The notes under the pieces are model-generated. The model made no database searches. It had not been told where the DNA came from and worked only from the letters and a program-made list of their open reading frames with translations. A stretch of DNA of 64,000 bases from a bacterium (GTDB lineage Bacteria > UBA8248), in contig CBDBZU010000004.1 of assembly GCA_965213625.1 (NCBI GenBank), positions 2,144,001-2,208,000 on the forward strand. Direction: 5' to 3'. The translations under genes and the position numbers were made by a program. The number at the start of each line of letters is the position of its first letter. Position 1 is the first letter of the stretch. This document shows, piece after piece, positions 58,426-64,000 of the stretch.

Positions 58426-58893
58426 TCATTCGCGCAGGAGCGACATAATCTCGGCGCCGAGGGTGAGGTCTTCCACGCCGCCGAACTTTTGCTTGCGCAG
58501 ACGCCCCTCCCGATCGATGAGGAGCATGGTCGGCGTGCCTTGCATGGCGTAGCGGGCCATCGTTTGCGGCGGACCCGCGCCGTCCGACGGCGCATCGATG
58601 CCCACCGGGAACGCGATCCTGTATTCATGGAGGAATGCGGCCAGCGCCTCTCGGGTTCCCTGCGCCGCATGGTGCTCGAACACCGTATGCAAACCGATTA
58701 CGGCGACATCGTCTGGGCTGAATGTCTGCCGCACGCGCATCGCCTGCGGCAAGGCGTGGGAGACGCATCCCGGGCAAAGCATCTGGAAGGCTTCCACCAG
58801 CACAATCTTGCCGCGCAACGCTTCAAGCGTGACGGGGTTGTCGGTGTTGAGCCACTCGGTGGTTTGCAATTCGGGCGCGATTTCGGGTTTCAT
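58426..58893 (-). CDS. Redoxin/peroxiredoxin-like thioredoxin-fold protein
   Basis: APEL..EWLN, FQMLCPGC, IGLHTVFEHH and GTPT.LLID motifs. Confidence 0.88.
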   Translation of the reverse strand: MKPEIAPELQTTEWLNTDNPVTLEALRGKIVLVEAFQMLCPGCVSHALPQAMRVRQTFSPDDVAVIGLHTVFEHHAAQGTREALAAFLHEYRIAFPVGIDAPSDGAGPPQTMARYAMQGTPTMLLIDREGRLRKQKFGGVEDLTLGAEIMSLLRE

Positions 58894-58946
58894 CCGTTTT
58901 CTCCTCCTGCTTTCGCGGTCGCCTGCCTGTCCTGCTTATCTCCCTG

Positions 58947-59234
58947 TCACGCCGCACCGAACTTCTCGACCTTGATTTCGTCGATGTGGACGCGCGCCTG
59001 CCAAAGATCGTAAGCCATCTGCAGGCCGAGCCAGGTCTCCGGCGTCGAACCGAACGCCTTGGAAAGTCGAATCGCCATTTCTATGGAGACCCCCGTGCGC
59101 TCGTTGAGCAGTTCCGACAAGGTCTGGCGCGCGACGCCGATGCCCTCGGCGGCCTTCGTTACGGACAACCCGAGCGGTTCGAGACATTGCCGCCTCACGA
59201 TTCCGCCCGGATGCGGCGGATTTTTCATCGCCAT
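58947..59234 (-). CDS. higA: HigA family antitoxin (XRE HTH)
   Basis: PPHPG, MAIRLSKAFGSTPETWLGLQ..YDL. Confidence 0.93.
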   Translation of the reverse strand: MAMKNPPHPGGIVRRQCLEPLGLSVTKAAEGIGVARQTLSELLNERTGVSIEMAIRLSKAFGSTPETWLGLQMAYDLWQARVHIDEIKVEKFGAA

Positions 59235-59247
59235 CGTTTTGCCCTCA

Positions 59248-59526
59248 TTAGTGGTAGTCGAGGTAATCCACGTCGACTACATCCCCTTCTTCGAACCGAA
59301 AGGTCACCCGCCGGTTCCCCGAGACGGCTACGGCGTAATAGCCCTTCAGTTCACCCTTTAGTGGATGGAGCCGGAAACCGGGAATATCGACGTCCCGTGG
59401 CCTTCGACTCCTGTCGAGAACAGCCAGGATGTCCCGCAGCTTCTGGACATGATCCGGCGCAACCCGCCGCGCCGTTCGGCCATCGTAGAGTGCTTTCATG
59501 CCCCGATGTTTGAAAGACGCGATCAT
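59248..59526 (-). CDS. higB: HigB family toxin (RelE fold)
   Basis: MIASFKHRGMK, PGFRLHPLKG, VSGNRRVTFRF and DYH; toxin-first gene order. Confidence 0.93.
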   Translation of the reverse strand: MIASFKHRGMKALYDGRTARRVAPDHVQKLRDILAVLDRSRRPRDVDIPGFRLHPLKGELKGYYAVAVSGNRRVTFRFEEGDVVDVDYLDYH

Positions 59527-59701
59527 TGCTCAAGGCTAATGTGTCAGGTGTCGACTGTCAACTGACGGACCGGCGGCGATAACGCCGCAAGGCGGCTTGG
59601 GGGCGATCCGGTGGAAATCCCCTCACGCGCCCGGTCGATTTTCATCTTGCATGGGCCGCTCAACGTGTGATATTTTCGTATTATATTCGTTAGGATCAGT
59701 C

Positions 59702-60940
59702 ATGCGCCGACCGCCCAAACCGAAGCGGCTCTACATCGATTTCGACGGCTTTTTCGCGTCCTGCGAGGAGCAGGCGGACCCCGGCCTGCACGGCCGCCCC
59801 GTCGGAGTCATACCGTTTGCGGGGGCGCGCAACAGTTGCGTCATCGCCGCCAACGCCGCGGCCAAGAAGTTCGGCGTCAAGACCGGGACTCCGATCGCCG
59901 AGGCGGGCCGGTTGTGCCCCCGGATAACGCTCGCCCCGCAGCGGCCGGACCTCTACGTCCGCATCCACCACCGGATCATCGCCGCGGTGCTCTCCGTGCT
60001 GCCGGTCGACGTCGTCTGCTCGATAGACGAACTCGCCGCCGTCCTGGGGGAGCGGGACCGCCCCGAGGAGATCGCCGGAAGGATCAAGCACAGCATACGG
60101 GCAGCCGTCGGGGAGCGCATCACCTGCTCCATCGGCTGCGCGCCCAACAGGTGGCTCGCCAAGATCGCCGCCGGCCTGGATAAGCCCGACGGCCTGAGGG
60201 TGCTGCTTCCGGGCGACCTGCCGGGTCCGCTGCTCCACCTCGGGCTGGATGCGCTGCCCGGGGTGGGGGAGCGCATGCGCGCGCGCTTGAAACGCGGCGG
60301 GATAGCGACGCTCGAGGACATCTGGAAGGCCGACCCCGGACGGCTGACTTCGCTCTGGGGCAACGTGACCGGCGCGCGTTTCTGGTACGCCTTACACGGC
60401 TACGCCGTGGAGCCGCCGGTGACGAAGCGCGGCTCGATAGGCCATGGCCGGGTCCTGCCCCCGGGGGAGCGCAGCGTGAAGGCCGCCCGGCCGATGGCCA
60501 GACAACTGGTGGTGAAGGCCGCCCGGCGCCTGCGCCGGGAGGGGTTCCTCGCCCGCAGGCTCGGGCTGTCGGCCGAGTGTCTCGATGCGCCCGCCTGGAC
60601 GGCCTCGACGCTCGTCGCGAGAGCGAACGACGATCTCACCTGCCTGGGCGCCCTCTCGGAGCTGTGGGCCGCGCTCGCCGCGGCGCGGGGCCGGGCCGCC
60701 CTGTTCCGGATCGCCGTCTCGTTCGACAGGTTCATTCCCTCGGATGAGATGCAGCTCGAACTGCCTCTCGGCGAGCCGGACGAGAGGCCCAGGCTGATGA
60801 GGCTGAACGCCGCCGTCGACTCGATCAATAGCCGCTACGCGCGCACCCTTGTCGGCTACGGCGGGTGCGCTCCTCCGGGCGGCTACGCGGGGGCCAAGAT
60901 CGCCTACGGGCGCATTCCCCGGCTGGAGGATTTCCAGTAA
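59702..60940 (+). CDS. Y-family (DinB/UmuC-like) DNA polymerase
   Basis: YIDFDGFFASCE, SIDE, TCSIG..NRWLAKIA..KPDG and LPGVG motifs. Confidence 0.9.
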   Translation: MRRPPKPKRLYIDFDGFFASCEEQADPGLHGRPVGVIPFAGARNSCVIAANAAAKKFGVKTGTPIAEAGRLCPRITLAPQRPDLYVRIHHRIIAAVLSVLPVDVVCSIDELAAVLGERDRPEEIAGRIKHSIRAAVGERITCSIGCAPNRWLAKIAAGLDKPDGLRVLLPGDLPGPLLHLGLDALPGVGERMRARLKRGGIATLEDIWKADPGRLTSLWGNVTGARFWYALHGYAVEPPVTKRGSIGHGRVLPPGERSVKAARPMARQLVVKAARRLRREGFLARRLGLSAECLDAPAWTASTLVARANDDLTCLGALSELWAALAAARGRAALFRIAVSFDRFIPSDEMQLELPLGEPDERPRLMRLNAAVDSINSRYARTLVGYGGCAPPGGYAGAKIAYGRIPRLEDFQ

Positions 60941-61191
60941 TGGCGCTTCTTTTGGGCGATTACGCCGAGGGAGACTGGTATTTCATCGTGGTGTGCGAGG
61001 CCTGCGGCCGGGAGAAGATTCTGGAGCCCGCCGAACTGCTCGCCGAGCCGGGGAGGGAAAAGGTGCACCGGGGAATGCGCGCGAAAGACTTGGAGCCCCT
61101 CCTGCGCTGCCGGGAATGCGGCTCCAAAAGAGCGCGCCTCGAACCGGTCGCCAGAACCCGCAAGCAAGGCTTCGTCGGCGGGATGATCTGA
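60940..61191 (+). CDS. Small Zn-ribbon protein, 83 aa
   Basis: CEACG...LRCRECGS; ATG overlaps the polymerase stop (TAATG). Confidence 0.75.
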   Translation: MALLLGDYAEGDWYFIVVCEACGREKILEPAELLAEPGREKVHRGMRAKDLEPLLRCRECGSKRARLEPVARTRKQGFVGGMI

Positions 61192-61237
61192 AGGGTGGGG
61201 TGGTTTGCGGGCGACGAACACGAAGAGGGAATTGTCT

Positions 61238-62134
61238 CTACCCCTCCCTATGCTCGAACACCTTATACACCGCCGCGCTATCGAGGGAGCCGAGCCCCAG
61301 TTCCTGTCCTTCGGTGTAAAAGGGCAGGCAGAGATCGCCGAGCGGCATGTTGGCGCTCACGCTCTCTCCTAAGGCGAGTCCGAGTTTGATGTCCTTGGTC
61401 AGCACGTCGAGCGTGCTCACAGGGTTCGAAAAATCTCCGCTCACCATCCGGGGGCCGCGGTTCCTGAGCTGTCTGCTGTCGGCGGCGCTTCGCATGAAGG
61501 CGTCCAGCAGCAGTTCTCCCTTCACGCCCGCTCTCAGGCCCATGCGGAGCGTCTCGGCGATGGCGCACCGCTGCAGGCAGGTGAGGTAGTTGATGAGCAC
61601 CTTCATCGTCGCGCCGTCGCCCGCGGCGCCGCAATGAATCTGATCGGATAGTAGGCGGCCGAGCATGTCCTTAACCAAGCCGTGCGTCCGCTCCTCGCCG
61701 CCGACGAGGAAAAGCCCCACCCGATTCTTCACGTTTTCGCTGTTGCCGCTCACGCACGCCTCCATGAAGTCGAAGCCGCGTTCCTCACACAGCCGCGCCA
61801 TCTCGCGCGTGTCCTCGGGGTCCGCCGTGGTGGTGTCGATGACGGCCTTGGGCTTCTTGTCCGGATCGGCCGTGAGATACCCACCCGCACCCCGGGCGCA
61901 TTCGAGCGATATCTTCGAGTTGGGTACCGAGATGAATACGAAATCGGCCGTCTCGGCCACATCTTTGGGTGAGGCGAGCGCCGCGCCGCCCAACGCCTTG
62001 AATTCCTCCTGCGCCGCCGGAACCGGGTCTGCCCCCACGAGCCGGTAGCCGTCCTCGATCAGGTTCCTGGAAAACGCCCGGCCCATGAGGCCCAGACCGA
62101 TGAAGCCGATGGTTTCTTCTCTTTGCGTGTTCAC
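61238..62134 (-). CDS. NAD(P)-dependent beta-hydroxyacid dehydrogenase family protein
   Basis: GFIGLGLMG, DTTT, ACVSG, KVLIN and KDIKL motifs. Confidence 0.88.
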   Translation of the reverse strand: MNTQREETIGFIGLGLMGRAFSRNLIEDGYRLVGADPVPAAQEEFKALGGAALASPKDVAETADFVFISVPNSKISLECARGAGGYLTADPDKKPKAVIDTTTADPEDTREMARLCEERGFDFMEACVSGNSENVKNRVGLFLVGGEERTHGLVKDMLGRLLSDQIHCGAAGDGATMKVLINYLTCLQRCAIAETLRMGLRAGVKGELLLDAFMRSAADSRQLRNRGPRMVSGDFSNPVSTLDVLTKDIKLGLALGESVSANMPLGDLCLPFYTEGQELGLGSLDSAAVYKVFEHREG

Positions 62135-62231
62135 ACTTTTCTCCCTGCGTCTATGCTTTCATGGTGATGTGTGGGTGGTTTTTATAAGGGAAACATTATC
62201 GGGACCCGAAGGTTGCCGGAAAGTATAAAAT

Positions 62232-63281
62232 TCAGCTTTCCTGATTCGGTAAGAGCACCACCTTGATGGCCCCGTCTTTTCGCTCGCGCATCATCTCGAT
62301 GCCCCGGTGCACCATGGAAAGCGGTATCTGGTGCGTGATCATGGGTTGAATGTTCAACTCCCCGCGCGCGGCCAGGTCGATGCAGACCTCGAATGTGTCG
62401 GGGTGTCCGCGCGAGCCGATAATCTCTTTTTCCAGATGCTGGAGGTGCTCGAGCGGTATGGGCGCATCCACCGAAAACGCGCCCACGACCACGATGCGGC
62501 CTCCCTTTCGCGCCATCTCGAAGGCCTGCGCCATCGTCTTGTTCTGCGCGCCTCCCACCACTTCCAAAACGGCGTCCGCCCCGTGCCCGCCGGTCAGGTC
62601 CTGCACGGCGGTAACGGAATCATGCGCGCGCACGTCTATGGTCTCATCCGCGCCCATCTCCCGGGCGACTTCGAGCCTCTCCGACACCGCGTCGATGGCG
62701 ATCACGCGGGCGCCGACGTATTTCGCAGCGGCCAACGCGCACATGCCCACAGGCCCCATGCCGATGACGGCCACCGTTTCGCCGGCTTCCATCCGCGCGC
62801 GGTTCATCACCACGTGGTAGCCCGTCCCCAGCGTCTGCATCACCGAAGCCGTGGCGTCGTCCAGCGCATCCGGCAGGGGCAGCACGGACTTGGCGGGCGC
62901 AACCACATGGCGGCTGTAGCCGCCGTCTACGTTCATGCCGATGGAGCGCGAGTCGTTGCACAGGTTCACCCGGCCCATCTTGCAGAAATAACATTCCCCG
63001 CAGTGCACGTGGTTCTCGATGCAGGCGCGCGCGCCGACTTCCACGCCTTCGGCGCCCGGGCCCAGCGCGCTCACCACGCCCATGAGTTCATGGCCCGGCA
63101 CGACGGGGTATTTCGCGCGCCGCACGTGGCCGTCCATCAGGTGGAAATCGCTGCCGCATATCGCGCAGGCGCCGACTTCGACGAGCACCTCGCCGGGGCC
63201 GGGTTCGGGAACGGGGCGCTCCACGAGTTCGAGCCTCCCCGGTTCATGCAAAAGGGCCGCGAGTGAATTTTGCGCGTTCAA
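62232..63281 (-). CDS. Zn-dependent alcohol dehydrogenase (MDR family)
   Basis: ICGSD, GHE, CGECYFC..NLC and GMGPVG motifs. Confidence 0.92.
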   Translation of the reverse strand: MNAQNSLAALLHEPGRLELVERPVPEPGPGEVLVEVGACAICGSDFHLMDGHVRRAKYPVVPGHELMGVVSALGPGAEGVEVGARACIENHVHCGECYFCKMGRVNLCNDSRSIGMNVDGGYSRHVVAPAKSVLPLPDALDDATASVMQTLGTGYHVVMNRARMEAGETVAVIGMGPVGMCALAAAKYVGARVIAIDAVSERLEVAREMGADETIDVRAHDSVTAVQDLTGGHGADAVLEVVGGAQNKTMAQAFEMARKGGRIVVVGAFSVDAPIPLEHLQHLEKEIIGSRGHPDTFEVCIDLAARGELNIQPMITHQIPLSMVHRGIEMMRERKDGAIKVVLLPNQES

Positions 63282-63506
63282 GGGGAATCCTCCGGTGGCA
63301 GTTCAGTTTTCGGCAATTTGGCGACGCACTATAAGGTTTTATCCCGCGCTTCGCCAGAGGAGGGTACCTCCTGCGGTTTTCCCCACTTTCTGTTTTTCAT
63401 CCCGTCGCCGAAGTCTTCTCACCGGTTTTATTCGAAGCAGCCCTGCGCGCCTTGCGGAGCGCGGGTCGGGATTGTAGGATTCGCGCGTCTTCAAGGAGAA
63501 AGCTAA

Positions 63507-64000
63507 ATGGTGATTGACAAGAAAGAGGTCGGCATCGGCCTGATCGGCGCGGGCAAGATCGGCTCGCTCCGCGCCCATCTGGCGGCGACCTCGCCGGTGG
63601 TGAATTTTTTCGCCATATCCGACATCGACCCCCAGCGCGCCGAGGCTGTGGCCCAGCAGAACGAGGCGGCCTTTCATACCTCGGATAACCGTGAGGTCAT
63701 CGAACACCCCCAGGTGGATGCCCTCATCGTCTCCACGCCGGAGGGTGAGCACACCGAGGCCATCTGCATGGCGCTGGAAGCCGGAAAGCCCGTACTGGTC
63801 GAAAAGCCCATTGCGCTCACGCTGCCGGATGCGGACAGGATCATGGAGTCCAAGGACAAGGGTGGCGCGGAGCTCTACATCGGCTATACGCAGCGGATCA
63901 GGCGAAAGTTCCTGGCGATCAAGGAGCACATCGACGCGGGCCGCCTCGGCGAGGTGATGACCGCGCGCATGACCATCTACAACACGCGCCCCACGGCGCG
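63507..64000 (+). CDS. Gfo/Idh/MocA family oxidoreductase (3'-partial)
   Basis: Manual translation MVIDKKEVGIGLIGAGKIG...VSTPEGEH...AGKPVLVEKPIA; runs off the window end. Confidence 0.88.
   Translation, partial: MVIDKKEVGIGLIGAGKIGSLRAHLAATSPVVNFFAISDIDPQRAEAVAQQNEAAFHTSDNREVIEHPQVDALIVSTPEGEHTEAICMALEAGKPVLVEKPIALTLPDADRIMESKDKGGAELYIGYTQRIRRKFLAIKEHIDAGRLGEVMTARMTIYNTRPTA

Noticed and set aside
58947-61191. Prophage or integrative element around higBA and the polymerase
   Set aside because: No integrase, structural, replication or conjugation genes

Overview
GC-rich bacterial chromosomal window with about 60 CDSs and no rRNA, tRNA, CRISPR array or intact transposase that I can support. 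Gene content loosely suggests a Nitrospinota/Tectomicrobia-like lineage, but that is only an impression. Housekeeping genes: HU, queA, trmJ-like, korAB, moaB, coaD, aspartate aminotransferase, tyrS, panE and an RhlE-type helicase. Redox and catabolic genes include a Tat-less three-gene molybdoenzyme complex (Fe-S/NrfD fusion, catalytic subunit, TorD chaperone), a second orphan molybdoenzyme, a four-domain rhodanese and an AttEFGH-like ABC/lipocalin cluster. The most unusual signals are: (1) a family of non-autonomous elements with shared GGGGYTGTTGAAAAA termini but unrelated palindromic interiors, one nested in another with a visible target-site duplication; (2) a duplicated 3' end of a RidA gene bracketing a CPA2 antiporter; (3) a second, unrelated inverted-repeat element found twice; (4) a MoxR-type AAA+ ATPase paired with a 657-aa protein that resembles a degenerate TraB/YehM-like plus VWA-like fusion; (5) a higBA / Y-family polymerase / Zn-ribbon cassette; and (6) a membrane-anchored GIY-YIG nuclease. 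All family calls come from motif recognition by eye; no database search was run.
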